A stretch of DNA of 64,000 nucleotides from an uncultured archaeon (GCA_963817525.1 CAWFOU010000001.1:96001-160000); one strand, 5' to 3'. Shown: positions 1 to 10,058, numbered from the stretch's first letter. Made by a program: numbers and translations. Notes: generated by a model from the sequence alone, not told the origin.

Positions 1-295
1 CCTTGAGCCTCGGCCAGATTGCCTCTGCGGTCAGGGAGAAGTTTGCGCAGTCGACGAAAACGTCCCAGGAGCCGATGCGCCCGTCGGGGGACGAGACATT
101 TGCGTTCAGGATCCTGATGCCCAGGTCTGCCAGCGCCTCGCAGACCGTTGCGAGGGGCGCGCTCGCCATCTCCGCCTTGAAAGCTATCTGGAAGAGCTTG
201 TGGTCCGGCTTGTAGAGCATGGTGACGATCTCCTTCGGCTCTACAGCCCCGCTCTGTGGCTTCATGCTGTCGATGACGAGGCGGGGGTCGGGCAT
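1..295 (-). CDS. ACT-like domain protein, partial (runs off the window edge)
   Basis: Manual translation from ATG at 295: MPDPRLVIDSMKPQSGAVEPKEIVTMLYKPDHKLFQIAFKAEMASAPLATVCEALADLGIRILNANVSS..., open to position 1; LATVCEALADLGIRILNA resembles an ACT fold. Not in the ORF track. Confidence 0.6.
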   Translation of the reverse strand, partial: MPDPRLVIDSMKPQSGAVEPKEIVTMLYKPDHKLFQIAFKAEMASAPLATVCEALADLGIRILNANVSSPDGRIGSWDVFVDCANFSLTAEAIWPRLK

Positions 296-385
296 TCTCT
301 TACCGTTTTCCTGAAATTATTTCAACGCTCCCGCTATTTATCGGCGATGAATCGTCAGTCCATCCCAGCGCTGTGCGCCCGCTTC

Positions 386-1216
386 TCAGAGCTTTCTCGT
401 ATAGAGCGCAAGTATCCTCTCGACCGACGCCTTTTGGATGCGAGGCACTCCGGGGACCTTCATCAGGATTCCCGACACCTTCCTCGGGTCGCTCCCGTCG
501 TCGATGACGTCGAAGGCGAGGGTCTCGTCGACTATCACCATCACGCCCGCGCCCTGCATCGTCGCGAAGGTCTCGATCACCGGCTCGTCGAGAGGTTGGA
601 CCCTCATCTTGAGAGTCGGAGACGACTTTACCGTCCTGAACTCTATCACGGACTTGTCCTCGTTGGAGATCCCCGATGTCTCCTGCGTCGGCCTTATCAT
701 CGAGACGGGCCTCACCTTCACCCCCCGCGCCGAGGCGGCCTTGAGGGCGGTCTTCGCGGATAGGAGGTACTTCGGGGGATATCCTCCGACCCCGAATATG
801 TCGTGCTTTGCCTCGTAGATCAGCTCGGCGAGCCTCCTCTTCACCGCCTGCTCCCCCTTCACCATCCACGCGTAGGTCCTCTCCCCTTGGGGCTCCGCGG
901 ACTCTCCCCGGCCGGTCTCCTGCCTCTCCTCGAGGGCGGCCAAGGCGCCCTTGGCCTCCCGGTCGTAGCCGTCCACGAGTTGCGCGATGACGCTCTTCGC
1001 CTCGCTGGCCCTGTAGAGTATCGGCCTGCCGGGCTGGACCTCCACAACCCCGCGGCTCGCCAGCCTCTCGAGGGACTCGTAGGCCTTGTTCCTGGGCATG
1101 CCCGAGAACTTGTGGACGTCGGCCGCCCCGGAGGGTCCCAGCGCCATCAAGGCGTCGAGGGCCTTCGCTTCGTTGCTGTTCAGGCCCAGGCGTTTCAGGT
1201 ATTCGATTGAGCTCAA
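386..1216 (-). CDS. TrmB family transcriptional regulator
   Basis: N-terminal LGLNSNEAKALDAL...SGMPRNKAYESLERLASRGVVEV...PILYRA wHTH followed by an effector-binding domain (GEQAVKRRLAELIYEAKHDI). Confidence 0.9.
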   Translation of the reverse strand: MSSIEYLKRLGLNSNEAKALDALMALGPSGAADVHKFSGMPRNKAYESLERLASRGVVEVQPGRPILYRASEAKSVIAQLVDGYDREAKGALAALEERQETGRGESAEPQGERTYAWMVKGEQAVKRRLAELIYEAKHDIFGVGGYPPKYLLSAKTALKAASARGVKVRPVSMIRPTQETSGISNEDKSVIEFRTVKSSPTLKMRVQPLDEPVIETFATMQGAGVMVIVDETLAFDVIDDGSDPRKVSGILMKVPGVPRIQKASVERILALYTRKL

Positions 1217-1227
1217 GGCATCCCGGA

Positions 1228-1246
1228 TGTTACGTCGGAGGTAACA
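1228..1246. promoter_or_regulatory. Inverted repeat TGTTAC-N7-GTAACA, candidate TrmB operator
   Basis: Perfect 6-bp arms in the divergent trmB/SHOCT intergenic region; the same motif recurs at 7557-7575. Confidence 0.65.
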
Positions 1247-1292
1247 ACATCAATATTAGTTTTCGCCGCCGCGGACTTTCAGTGAAGTCAAG

Positions 1293-1646
1293 ATGAACTC
1301 GAGTTACGGTCCTAGGCCTACGAGATGGGTGCTTTTCCCGGTGTTGCTGGTGGTCGCGTTCGCCGCGATAGCCCTTGGCGCGTCGTATTACTTCAGGCCA
1401 GCCGCGCCCCAGGCCTACTACTGGTGGCCTTGGGCCCCCTTCGGGTGGTTCCTGCTCATCCCTCTGTTCTTCGTCGCCTTCTTCGCCCTGCGTTTCTTCC
1501 TTTGGGGCTGGTGGGGCCCTTGGGGCGGACGAGGTTCGTATTATCGCGGCGACTCGGCGATGCAGGCGCTACGCGAGAGGTTCGCGCGCGGGGAGATAAC
1601 CAAGGATCAGTTCGACCAGATGAGGAAGGATCTGGCGCAGGCCTAG
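1293..1646 (+). CDS. SHOCT domain membrane protein
   Basis: Two hydrophobic segments and C-terminal AMQALRERFARGEITKDQFDQMRKDL. Confidence 0.85.
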   Translation: MNSSYGPRPTRWVLFPVLLVVAFAAIALGASYYFRPAAPQAYYWWPWAPFGWFLLIPLFFVAFFALRFFLWGWWGPWGGRGSYYRGDSAMQALRERFARGEITKDQFDQMRKDLAQA

Positions 1647-1697
1647 CCCGGAAACAGTTATTGCCGCTGCAGAATCGCAGACCGTGACGGCTGCAGC

Positions 1698-2000
1698 TTG
1701 GTCCACGAGCACAGGGAGCGGATCTACATCAGGAAGGACATCATCCTCAAGCTCGCGGAGCACGGCCGGCTCAACCAGAGCCAGCTCATGAGCTACTGCG
1801 GCTTGAACAACGTCAAGCACAAGCCCATCCTAGACGAGATGGTCGAGCGGGGGCTGATCACCAGGGTGGAAGAGCCGTGGGGCTCGAAGAAGATCATCTT
1901 CTACAACGTCTCGGACGTCGGAAAGAAGCTCGCAAGGGAGATCCTCGAGCCATACGAGTCGCTATTCCCGAGAAGCGAGGACAGGAGGGAGCAGAAATGA
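1698..2000 (+). CDS. Small archaeal winged-helix protein
   Basis: RERIYIRKDIILKL...NQSQLMSYCGLN...ILDEMVERGLI...YNVSDVGK pattern. Confidence 0.8.
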   Translation: MVHEHRERIYIRKDIILKLAEHGRLNQSQLMSYCGLNNVKHKPILDEMVERGLITRVEEPWGSKKIIFYNVSDVGKKLAREILEPYESLFPRSEDRREQK

Positions 2001-2055
2001 GCTTAGGTAACTTGGTGCCTTCACCGTTTTTAAGAGATGGGGAGGCCCTATAGTC

Positions 2056-2442
2056 GTGGCCGACTCGCCGAAGAACGGGGACGAAGACATACTCTCCGAC
2101 AACATCCTCCGCATAGCGGACGAGCTGGTCAGCCAAGTGGACAAGACCAAGAAGGTCGTGATCGTCATGGTGATCGCAGTGATCGTTGGGATCCCGGTCT
2201 CGTGGCACGTCACGCCCCTCCTCCTCCCCGGCGCCCCCTACAACTTCAGGGTGGCGGGCATAGTGACGATCCTGATAGCGCTCGTGTTCGTCGCCGTCGC
2301 CATCAACCAGTGGATGGCCTTCTCGAAGTGGACCGAGCGATACAAGGCCTACAAGGAGCTGCAGAAGAAGATAGACGAGAAGCTCGACTTTGAGGCCGCC
2401 GCCGCCGGGAAGAACGGCGACGACAAGCCATCAGGTAACTGA
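2056..2442 (+). CDS. Hypothetical two-TM membrane protein
   Basis: Two hydrophobic helices, charged coiled C-terminus, host-like codon usage. Confidence 0.7.
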   Translation: MADSPKNGDEDILSDNILRIADELVSQVDKTKKVVIVMVIAVIVGIPVSWHVTPLLLPGAPYNFRVAGIVTILIALVFVAVAINQWMAFSKWTERYKAYKELQKKIDEKLDFEAAAAGKNGDDKPSGN

Positions 2443-2497
2443 GTTACGTATCAGATGTTACCAGTGGCTATAACCAAAGCGCCATCTCCGGTCAGGT

Positions 2498-3070
2498 ATG
2501 ACGGGTTCGAAGCTCGTAGCCGCAGAGGGGATGGCCGTTGTCTCCATCATCACCACAATAGTCAATGACATCGACCTGGGCCTTCCCAAGGCCCCCGTAG
2601 GGACACTCTCCCTTCTCTTTGCCATCGCCGCGTTCGCGCTCGCTCTCAGTACCGGGTCGCCGGTGGTGTCAATCTCCTTGCTCGCCAAGGGCCTGATCGA
2701 TACCTGGCTGGCGGCCGCCTCATCGGCGTCAGGCGCGAAGATAGGACTCGCATTCGGGCTGCTGGTCCTAGCTTTCGGCGCTGTGGTGGCGCTGATAACG
2801 ATACGGAAGACCAGAAGCGCGACGCCGATGCCCAAGTCGGGGGCTTCCCAGGTGCCTTCCCTCTTGGAGGCATCCGCGCGCTTGGTGGTGGTCCTTTCCG
2901 CCACGATGCCCTCGCTCGCATTGATGCTGATGGTCCCGCTTCTCGCTCTCCGCCCGACTTCGGGGGCGGACTCGGCCCTCCAAGGCGCGCCAGCAGACGA
3001 TATTACTCATGGAGTAACACCATCGCTATCTGACTTTGGGATCCACGCTCTCCCGGTGAGTCTACCATGA
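2498..3070 (+). CDS. Hypothetical membrane protein
   Basis: Hydrophobic ORF; TATAAC about 25 nt upstream; stop overlaps the ABC ATPase start (ATGA). Confidence 0.5.
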   Translation: MTGSKLVAAEGMAVVSIITTIVNDIDLGLPKAPVGTLSLLFAIAAFALALSTGSPVVSISLLAKGLIDTWLAAASSASGAKIGLAFGLLVLAFGAVVALITIRKTRSATPMPKSGASQVPSLLEASARLVVVLSATMPSLALMLMVPLLALRPTSGADSALQGAPADDITHGVTPSLSDFGIHALPVSLP

Positions 3071-3798
3071 ACCCGACCCAGCCTGCTACGGAGGGGAACA
3101 TCGTCGAGGCGCAAGGCGTGAGGAAGGTCTACGGGTCGGGACTGATACAAGTCGAGGCCCTGCGAGGCGTCGACCTTGTCGTGAAGCGACGGGAGATGGT
3201 CGCGGTGACGGGGCCGTCAGGATGCGGCAAGACAACCCTCCTCAACTGCTTCTCCGGGCTCGACGACCTCTCGGCTGGGCAAGTCAAGGTCGGCGGGGTG
3301 GACGTTCACAAGATGTCCGACAACGCAAAGTCAGAGTTCCGCGCGAAGAAGATGGGCTTCATCTTCCAGGCCTACAACCTTCTCCCTGTCCTTACCACGC
3401 TCGAGAACGTGGAGCTGCCCCTGCTCGTCTCCCACGTCAACGAGTCGGACGCGAAGAGACGCGCCATCGACGCTCTGAAGCTGGTCGACCTGGCCGATTG
3501 GCAGCACCACAGGCCTGCGGAGCTCTCGGGCGGCCAGCAGCAGAGGGTCGCCATCGCTCGCGGGCTCGTGAACAAGCCAGAGATAGTCTGGGGCGACGAG
3601 CCGACGGGCAACCTCGACAGCGAGCGCTCTCAGGAGATCGTGGACCTCCTGAGGAGGCTGAACAGGGAGGTCGGGCTCACCCTGGTGGTGGTCACCCACG
3701 ACCATGGCGTCGCCCGGAAGACCGACCGCGTGGTACAGATGAGGAACGGCGCGATAGAAAGGATAGTCGGACCGTCTTCGGTCGCGCCGGACGAATGA
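3067..3798 (+). CDS. ABC transporter ATP-binding protein (LolD/MacB type)
   Basis: Walker A GPSGCGKT, signature LSGGQQQR, Walker B/D-loop [12 protein letters not shown]. Confidence 0.95.
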   Translation: MNPTQPATEGNIVEAQGVRKVYGSGLIQVEALRGVDLVVKRREMVAVTGPSGCGKTTLLNCFSGLDDLSAGQVKVGGVDVHKMSDNAKSEFRAKKMGFIFQAYNLLPVLTTLENVELPLLVSHVNESDAKRRAIDALKLVDLADWQHHRPAELSGGQQQRVAIARGLVNKPEIVWGDEPTGNLDSERSQEIVDLLRRLNREVGLTLVVVTHDHGVARKTDRVVQMRNGAIERIVGPSSVAPDE

Positions 3799-3811
3799 CA
3801 CACGGGGTCCC

Positions 3812-6769
3812 TTGAACATGGCCTCCCTCTCTCCCCTGCTGCTCGTCGTCGCAGTAGTCATACTGGTTACCGCTGTGCTGATGTCTCGGGACAAGATAAT
3901 CACGCGGCTCGCGGTCAGGAACGTCAGGCGCAGGAAGGCGTCTACCGCGCTCGTGGTGGCGGGCTTGTTCATCGGGACGGCCATGATAACGGGGGCTCTT
4001 GTGACAGGGGACACGATGAACGCGCTCTTCACGCGTCCCGCGCACCTGACATACCGGGCGGTGGACGAGGGCGTCTACAGCCTGAACACCCAGGGAGGAT
4101 ACTCGTTCTTCAACGAGTCTGTCTACCCCCAGGTCGCGCCGCACCTCTTGGGGATCCAGGGCGTGGCCGGTGTCACTCCGATGATAATCTCCGAGGTCTC
4201 GCTATTGGACAACAGCACCCGGGTCGGGCAGTCCGGCGTGGTCCTCATCGGGGTCGACCCGAACGCGACGGCCGCCCTGGGCAACTTCGCCAGCGCCAAC
4301 GGGACGACCATAGACCCTGACACGGGTGCTGTGGGAGTCATTCTGAACCTCCCCGCAGCCACCGACCTCAACGCCTCCGTGGGGAACACGATACAGCTCA
4401 TCGCGTCGGGCAAGTCCGAGTCCTTCACCTTGATGGGCATAGACCAGAGCCTCGACAGGTCGGGCTTTCCCGGCGACGATGACCACGCTGTAGTGAGCCT
4501 CGCCGCAGCCCAGTCTCTTGTCGGAGAGGCAGGGGAGATCAACTTCCTCGCCATCACGAATTCGGGAGGCGCCCAGGACGGCGTCGCCCTGACGGACCAG
4601 GTAGGCCCCGAGGCGAACGCGACGCTCTCGAGCTACACCTCTAACGCGGGAGGCCAACTCTACGACTTCGGGAACGAGCAGACGGCGGTGGCCACCGCGA
4701 CGAAGGACGCGGCCGGCCTCTCCAGCTTCATGCTCGTCGCCAGCTCGTTCACCATCATAGCCGGGGCCATCCTCATCGTCAACATCTTCGTCATGCTCGC
4801 GGAGGAGAGGAAGAAGGAGATGGGGATGGCCAGAGCCGTGGGCATGAAGAGGCTCCACCTCATGAAGATGTTCCTCTTCGAGGGGACGCAGTACGCCATC
4901 ATCGCCTCCCTCGTCGGGGTGATAGCGGGGATAGGCATCGCCTACGCGGTCCTCTACATCATCGGGTCGATTCTCATCGGGGTCGTCGCAACCCTCAACA
5001 CGGGTGCCATACTCCAGAGCTTCACCTTCACGCCGGAGACCCTCGTGCTAGGGTTCTCGGCGGGGCTGCTCATCACCTTCGCCACCGTCGTCCTGGCGTC
5101 GTGGAGGGTCAGCAACCTGAACATAATCAGGGCTATCAGGGACATCCCCGAGCCCCCCACCAGCGGGAGGACGTACGCATGGCTCTCCGTCATGGGAGTC
5201 GTGCTGTTTGCGGTCGGGGCGCTCATGTTCTTCGAGGGAAGGTCGAGGTCTGACCTCTCCCTGTTCCTCGTCGGGCCCTCCGTGTCCATTGTCGGCGCCG
5301 GACTGGGACTGTCGCGACTCGTGAAGAGCCGCTACGCTTTCACCGCGAGCTCGGTCGGGGTACTTGTCTACTGGACCCTCCCCTCCCTCTCGTGGAGGAG
5401 CCCTCTGGCCCCTGCGTCGGCGGGAGGCGCTCCTACGACGGTCGACATCCTCGCGGGGATGCTGATGGTCTCCGCGGGCGTCGCATTGGTGATACTCAAC
5501 ACCGAGGCCCTCGTCGGAGGGCTCTCGCGCCTGCTCCGGACCCGGCCCAGCCGGGTCCCGGTTCTCAAGATCGGCCTGTCCTACCCGGGGAGCAAAAAGT
5601 TCAGGACGGGCGTCACGGTCTTCATGGTCGCCCTCGTCATGTTCAGCGTGGTCTTCACGTCGGTCCTCATAAGCGTCAACCAGCAGACGCAGGCCGCGGC
5701 TTCGAAGGCGGACTCCGGTGGGTACGACCTGGTGGCGACTACGGCATTCCCGCTCCACGACCTCGCCGCGTCGATAGAAAGCGACTCGAACGTCTCCTCC
5801 TCCATAGGCGGAGTGAGCGCGTTCTCGGGCGGCTACGTCCTAGCCAAAGACTCGAGCCAGAAGGGCTCGACAGCCTCGTACACCGAATATCTGGGGGCGA
5901 ACAGCAGCGCCGTCGGCCAGAACAATTTCTTCCAGGCGAACACCTTCAACCTGACGAGCGCCCTGCCTGCCTATGTCCTCCCCGACGGCCAGGTCGACGC
6001 CCAAAAGGTGTGGGCTGCCGTTGAGAGCGACCCCGACTACGTCGTGTTCTCGGTCTCCGCCTTCAGGCCCTACGGCTCGCCCGCCCCCACCCAGCAGGCG
6101 GGGGATGTGGAGACGATCACCCTCCCCGACAGGACGACTTCGAACGCGACGATCATCGCGACGATGGAAGGAGGCGCGATCGGCGGTCTCCTGAGCACCT
6201 CCCAGTTCGTGGACGCGAGGATGCACACCAATTCCTCTCAGCTGGCCCTGATCTCCCTCCCCGTCTCTGGGCAGGGCGACAGCGTGGCGATCAGCCTGAA
6301 GCGCGACTTCCTCTCCTCCGGAATGCAGGTCACGGTCATCCCGGACGTCCTGGCGAAGGAGCTCTCCACCGACAACTCGTTCTTCACCCTTTTCCAGGGA
6401 TTCTTCGCCCTAGGCCTTGTGGTGGGAATCGCCGGACTCAGCATCATCTCAATAAGGGCGATAGTGGAGCGTCGGCAGGAGATAGGGATGGTGAGGGCGC
6501 TGGGGTTCACCAAGAGGATGGTGCTAGGCAGCTTCCTACTCGAGAACAGCTTCGTGGCGCTGCTGGGGATAGTCCTCGGGGCGCTCCTGGCCGTAGACCT
6601 GGGGTACCCGTTCGCGACCTCGATCCGGAACGCGACCTATGCGCCACCCCTCCTCGGCATCGCCGAGATCATGGTGGCTGTCTACCTCTTCGCGATGCTA
6701 GGGACGACCTTCTCGGCCCTCAGGGCTGCGCAGACCACTCCGGCGGAAGCGCTACGATACAACGAGTAA
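3812..6769 (+). CDS. FtsX/MacB-like ABC permease with duplicated domains
   Basis: ERKKEMGMARAVG and ERRQEIGMVRALG motifs; C-terminal PAEALRY. Confidence 0.92.
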   Translation: MNMASLSPLLLVVAVVILVTAVLMSRDKIITRLAVRNVRRRKASTALVVAGLFIGTAMITGALVTGDTMNALFTRPAHLTYRAVDEGVYSLNTQGGYSFFNESVYPQVAPHLLGIQGVAGVTPMIISEVSLLDNSTRVGQSGVVLIGVDPNATAALGNFASANGTTIDPDTGAVGVILNLPAATDLNASVGNTIQLIASGKSESFTLMGIDQSLDRSGFPGDDDHAVVSLAAAQSLVGEAGEINFLAITNSGGAQDGVALTDQVGPEANATLSSYTSNAGGQLYDFGNEQTAVATATKDAAGLSSFMLVASSFTIIAGAILIVNIFVMLAEERKKEMGMARAVGMKRLHLMKMFLFEGTQYAIIASLVGVIAGIGIAYAVLYIIGSILIGVVATLNTGAILQSFTFTPETLVLGFSAGLLITFATVVLASWRVSNLNIIRAIRDIPEPPTSGRTYAWLSVMGVVLFAVGALMFFEGRSRSDLSLFLVGPSVSIVGAGLGLSRLVKSRYAFTASSVGVLVYWTLPSLSWRSPLAPASAGGAPTTVDILAGMLMVSAGVALVILNTEALVGGLSRLLRTRPSRVPVLKIGLSYPGSKKFRTGVTVFMVALVMFSVVFTSVLISVNQQTQAAASKADSGGYDLVATTAFPLHDLAASIESDSNVSSSIGGVSAFSGGYVLAKDSSQKGSTASYTEYLGANSSAVGQNNFFQANTFNLTSALPAYVLPDGQVDAQKVWAAVESDPDYVVFSVSAFRPYGSPAPTQQAGDVETITLPDRTTSNATIIATMEGGAIGGLLSTSQFVDARMHTNSSQLALISLPVSGQGDSVAISLKRDFLSSGMQVTVIPDVLAKELSTDNSFFTLFQGFFALGLVVGIAGLSIISIRAIVERRQEIGMVRALGFTKRMVLGSFLLENSFVALLGIVLGALLAVDLGYPFATSIRNATYAPPLLGIAEIMVAVYLFAMLGTTFSALRAAQTTPAEALRYNE

Positions 6770-6774
6770 GATCC

Positions 6775-7536
6775 ATGCCCACCCTCACTCGGCAGGCCAT
6801 CCGCGGCGCGACAGCCCTCCTCGCAGGCCTGTTCCTGCTCTCATCGTCACTTAACTTCGGGGCGAAGATACCCCTCGGAGTGACGACGCTGAACTTCTCG
6901 GCGCCGAACACGTCCATCGCCGAGTTCGAGGTGGTCATCGGCCTGGTCCTCCTCGCAGCGGCCCTGGTCTCGCGCCTCTATCCGTACGCGGGGGCATACA
7001 TCTTGGCGACCGTGGGGATCGCGGAAGGGCTCCTCTCGCCCGGAGTCCAGGGGTTCGCCCGCAGCCTGCACGAGACCATGGTGCCCGTCGCTATTGCTGG
7101 ATGGGCCCTCATGGCCGTCGAGACCCGCACCGTCTTAAAGTCCAGAGCGGGCCGTTCTGGCAGCGGGCCGAGGCGAGAGCTCGTCACGGCGCTGCAGTTC
7201 TTCGTCGGCGCCCTCGTCACCCTGGGCGGCCTCGGCTACGCGAACACGGCGGCCTATCCCGTCGGGACCACTCTCGGGCTGATACACATCGTGATCGGGC
7301 TCGTAGGCCTTTACGCGGGCTACTCGTTCCTGAAGCGAAGGAAGGGCTCTGCGCGCCTCCTCCTTTGGATAAACGGCGTGACCATTGTTTACAGCGCCTT
7401 CTCGGAGGGTGCCGCGGAGATCTATGCGCTGATGACTCCCGGCATAGGGGACGCGTTGATTGGGACCATCATCGCGATCATCGTGAGCGCGGTCATAATC
7501 TATCTCGTCCTCAGACAAGGCTATCTGGACGCGTGA
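6775..7536 (+). CDS. Polytopic membrane protein
   Basis: Multiple TM segments; starts 5 nt after the permease. Confidence 0.7.
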   Translation: MPTLTRQAIRGATALLAGLFLLSSSLNFGAKIPLGVTTLNFSAPNTSIAEFEVVIGLVLLAAALVSRLYPYAGAYILATVGIAEGLLSPGVQGFARSLHETMVPVAIAGWALMAVETRTVLKSRAGRSGSGPRRELVTALQFFVGALVTLGGLGYANTAAYPVGTTLGLIHIVIGLVGLYAGYSFLKRRKGSARLLLWINGVTIVYSAFSEGAAEIYALMTPGIGDALIGTIIAIIVSAVIIYLVLRQGYLDA

Positions 7537-7556
7537 AGGGGCGGGCGCCCCCCCGA

Positions 7557-7575
7557 TGTTACCTGTTGAGTAACA
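7557..7575. promoter_or_regulatory. Second TGTTAC-N7-GTAACA inverted repeat
   Basis: GATGTTACctgttgaGTAACAACA has the same arms and flanks as 1226-1249; lies upstream of the SRPBCC gene. Confidence 0.65.
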
Positions 7576-7624
7576 ACAGGGCTATCAAACCAGAGTCGGT
7601 CGAGGGGCCTGAGAGGAGCAAAGT

Positions 7625-8083
7625 ATGATCGAGATAGAGAAGAGCAGAGAGATGCATGCGGGCGTCGACCGGGTCTGGGAGCTGCTCTCCGACACGGACA
7701 AGGACGAGGAGTACTGGGGCGCCATCAGAGACATCAAGGTCCTAAAGAGGGAAGGCAACACCATAGAGCGCGAAGCGACAGTGGGGCCCCGCGCTTTCGG
7801 CCACAAGGGCAGGCAGACCATCGTCCTGAACCCGAAGAAGTCCATAGGGCTCACAATGTCGGGGGAGGGGGTGGGAGGAGAACGGACCATCACACTCGTC
7901 CCCAAGGGAGAAAGCAGCACCCGGGTGGACGTGTCTTGGAAGATAGACGTCAGGGACGTGCCAGGATTCGTCCAGGGCATCGTGAAGGGGCAGATATCCA
8001 AGGCCACGGAGGACGCTCTCAAGAAGTTCCAGCAAGAGGCAGAGAGCGCCCCACGCGCCAAGCGTGAAGTGGGCGCCAGATGA
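7625..8083 (+). CDS. SRPBCC/START (polyketide cyclase-like) protein
   Basis: IEKSREMHAGVDRVWELLSD...STRVDVSW helix-grip pattern. Confidence 0.85.
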   Translation: MIEIEKSREMHAGVDRVWELLSDTDKDEEYWGAIRDIKVLKREGNTIEREATVGPRAFGHKGRQTIVLNPKKSIGLTMSGEGVGGERTITLVPKGESSTRVDVSWKIDVRDVPGFVQGIVKGQISKATEDALKKFQQEAESAPRAKREVGAR

Positions 8084-8766
8084 GGAGCACGTCCGCTGAG
8101 GCGCTCGCTTCGCGCGCGAAGGAGTCGGACGTCAGGCGCACGGGCTCGCTCTTCGTCTTCGGAGGCTTGTTGTTTCTTCTCCTTACCACGGCCGCCGAGG
8201 CAATCTATCCGAGCTTCAGCCTGCAAGTCAATTCGATGAGCGACCTCGCCGCCACCACCGCAAACACGACCGTGGTGGAGGAGACCGCGATCCTAAGCCT
8301 CTCGCTCTGCTGGATGGTCGGAGGGTACTACCTCTATCGGAACACGGGCCGGCGAGGACTGCTCGTGCTGAACGTTCTGCCGGGCGCGGCATTCCTGCTG
8401 GCCGGGCTGTCGCCCGAGAATGTCAACATCGTGCTTCACTCGATCGGGGCCTTGTTGGGTTTCCCTGTCGGGGCTGTAGCAGCGGTCTTGTCATACCGGG
8501 TAATCAAGACGCCGTTCAAGTTTATCGCGGCTGCCTTGGGGGCACTTAGCCTAGCCGCAACTCTCGTGACCTTCCTCGGGGAGCGGGTGGTAGGACCATG
8601 CGGGACTTGCACCGGCAACACGCCCGCCTACCTACAGAGCCTCCATCAGCTTGTGCTAGGTCTGGGCGGATGGGAGAGCATGATCGTGTACCCTCTGATG
8701 ATCTGGCTGATAGGATTCGGAAGCTATCTTCTCAGCTCGGGAGGGGCGGGAGGCGGAGCGCGATGA
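8080..8766 (+). CDS. DUF998-like membrane protein
   Basis: AEAIYPSFSLQVNSMSDLA...LGGWESMIVYP motifs. Confidence 0.7.
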   Translation: MRSTSAEALASRAKESDVRRTGSLFVFGGLLFLLLTTAAEAIYPSFSLQVNSMSDLAATTANTTVVEETAILSLSLCWMVGGYYLYRNTGRRGLLVLNVLPGAAFLLAGLSPENVNIVLHSIGALLGFPVGAVAAVLSYRVIKTPFKFIAAALGALSLAATLVTFLGERVVGPCGTCTGNTPAYLQSLHQLVLGLGGWESMIVYPLMIWLIGFGSYLLSSGGAGGGAR

Positions 8767-8809
8767 ACGCGGGCCACCCCACCCTTCCTTCGCATCAAGC
8801 GGTCTAGCC

Positions 8810-8817
8810 AAAAAAAC
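8810..8817 (-). terminator. Oligo-T tract downstream of hsp20
   Basis: A-run on the + strand about 15 nt past the hsp20 stop, typical of archaeal intrinsic terminators. Confidence 0.45.
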
Positions 8818-8830
8818 CGGGGGGGAGGAC

Positions 8831-9337
8831 CTACTTGAGGTCTACCCTGCGGGGGCTGTCCTTGAGCTTCGAAGCCCTTTTGGGGAGCTTGAGCTCCAGG
8901 ATGCCGTTCTTCATGGTCCCGTCGACCTTCTCGGCGTCGACCTGGTCTGGAAGGCTGAGAAACTGGTAGTAAGAGCGGGAGCTCGCCTGGTACGAGCCGT
9001 CCTTGCCCTTGGTCTTGCGTTCGGTCTTGTCCGCCCTGAGTTCGATGCCGCCGGAGCCCACCTTCACCTGGACTTCGTCCTTCGTGAAGCCGGGTAGCTC
9101 AGCGGTCAAGCTGAAGTGGTCGCCGCGGTCCTGGACGTCGAGGATGGGCTGGCGCGAGCCGGTCTGCCCCGACAGGAATGAGCTGGATGCGCTGGGGATG
9201 TGAGGCTGGAAGAGCTCGTCGAAGGGCTTGAAGAGCTCCTCGAACACGCTTGCAAACCCTTTGTTGGATCTCACTGCGAGACCCGTGCCCTTCTGGCCTG
9301 CCTTGGTCGGTTGGGACTTTGCTTTCTTTTCTGTCAT
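8831..9337 (-). CDS. Small heat shock protein (Hsp20/alpha-crystallin)
   Basis: AELPGFTKDEVQV...LPDQVDAEKVDGTMKNGILELKLPK. Confidence 0.95.
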   Translation of the reverse strand: MTEKKAKSQPTKAGQKGTGLAVRSNKGFASVFEELFKPFDELFQPHIPSASSSFLSGQTGSRQPILDVQDRGDHFSLTAELPGFTKDEVQVKVGSGGIELRADKTERKTKGKDGSYQASSRSYYQFLSLPDQVDAEKVDGTMKNGILELKLPKRASKLKDSPRRVDLK

Positions 9338-9355
9338 CTTTGCATTACACCTCTT

Positions 9356-9378
9356 GTATACTACTGCACGTAGTATAC
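9356..9378. promoter_or_regulatory. Perfect inverted repeat GTATACTAC-N5-GTAGTATAC at the hsp20 promoter
   Basis: 9-bp arms immediately downstream of the minus-strand TATA (TTTATTAA, 9380-9387). Confidence 0.7.
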
Positions 9379-9410
9379 GTTAATAAACATTGCGGCCGGA
9401 GCTCTCGGTC

Positions 9411-10058
9411 TCACCGTTTTGGCGAGCCCTGGCCGCCGGTCCCCCCTGCTGGGACCTTCCCGGAGGTCAGCCTGTCCATGTACTCACCCGTGATCGAGCC
9501 GGTCCCCGGCTGCGAGAGCTTCTTGTACAGCCTCTCGAAGAAGAAGTAATAGTCCTCGGCGGCGAACCTCTGCCGCATGCCCAGGATAAAGGGCCTGGTC
9601 ATCTCCCAGGCGGTCTTGGTCGCGAACATGTCGTCGACTATCTCTGCCTTCACGAACCCCCTCTCGACGAGGAACCCCAGGGACTCGAAGAGGGAGGCGA
9701 CCTGGTAGAACGCGAGCTGCTTGTCCTCGGGGAGGCTATCGAAGTCCTCCAGAGAGCCGACCTTGGCGCGGAGGACCGTGAACCAAGACTTTTGGACCTC
9801 CATGCTGTCGGCGAACTCGTAGATTCTCATCACCAGGTCCATCGTGGCGAGCTCGCTGTTCTGGAGGAACTGCTTCATCGTGAGACTCGCCTGCTCGGCG
9901 TTGGCGTCGGCCGCTCTCACTTGGGCGGCGAGCATGTCCTTGTCCTGCCGTATCTGGTAGACGACGAAGACCGCCCCGAGGATGATGGCGACGGAGCTGA
10001 GTATCGAGGTGTCTGTGGCGATAGCCCCGACGTTGACCTGGAGCGGTGAAAGGAGCAT
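9411..10058 (-). CDS. DUF4760-like single-TM protein
   Basis: N-terminal TM ending YQIR, then FESLGFLVERGFV...FFFERL. Confidence 0.65.
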   Translation of the reverse strand: MLLSPLQVNVGAIATDTSILSSVAIILGAVFVVYQIRQDKDMLAAQVRAADANAEQASLTMKQFLQNSELATMDLVMRIYEFADSMEVQKSWFTVLRAKVGSLEDFDSLPEDKQLAFYQVASLFESLGFLVERGFVKAEIVDDMFATKTAWEMTRPFILGMRQRFAAEDYYFFFERLYKKLSQPGTGSITGEYMDRLTSGKVPAGGTGGQGSPKR

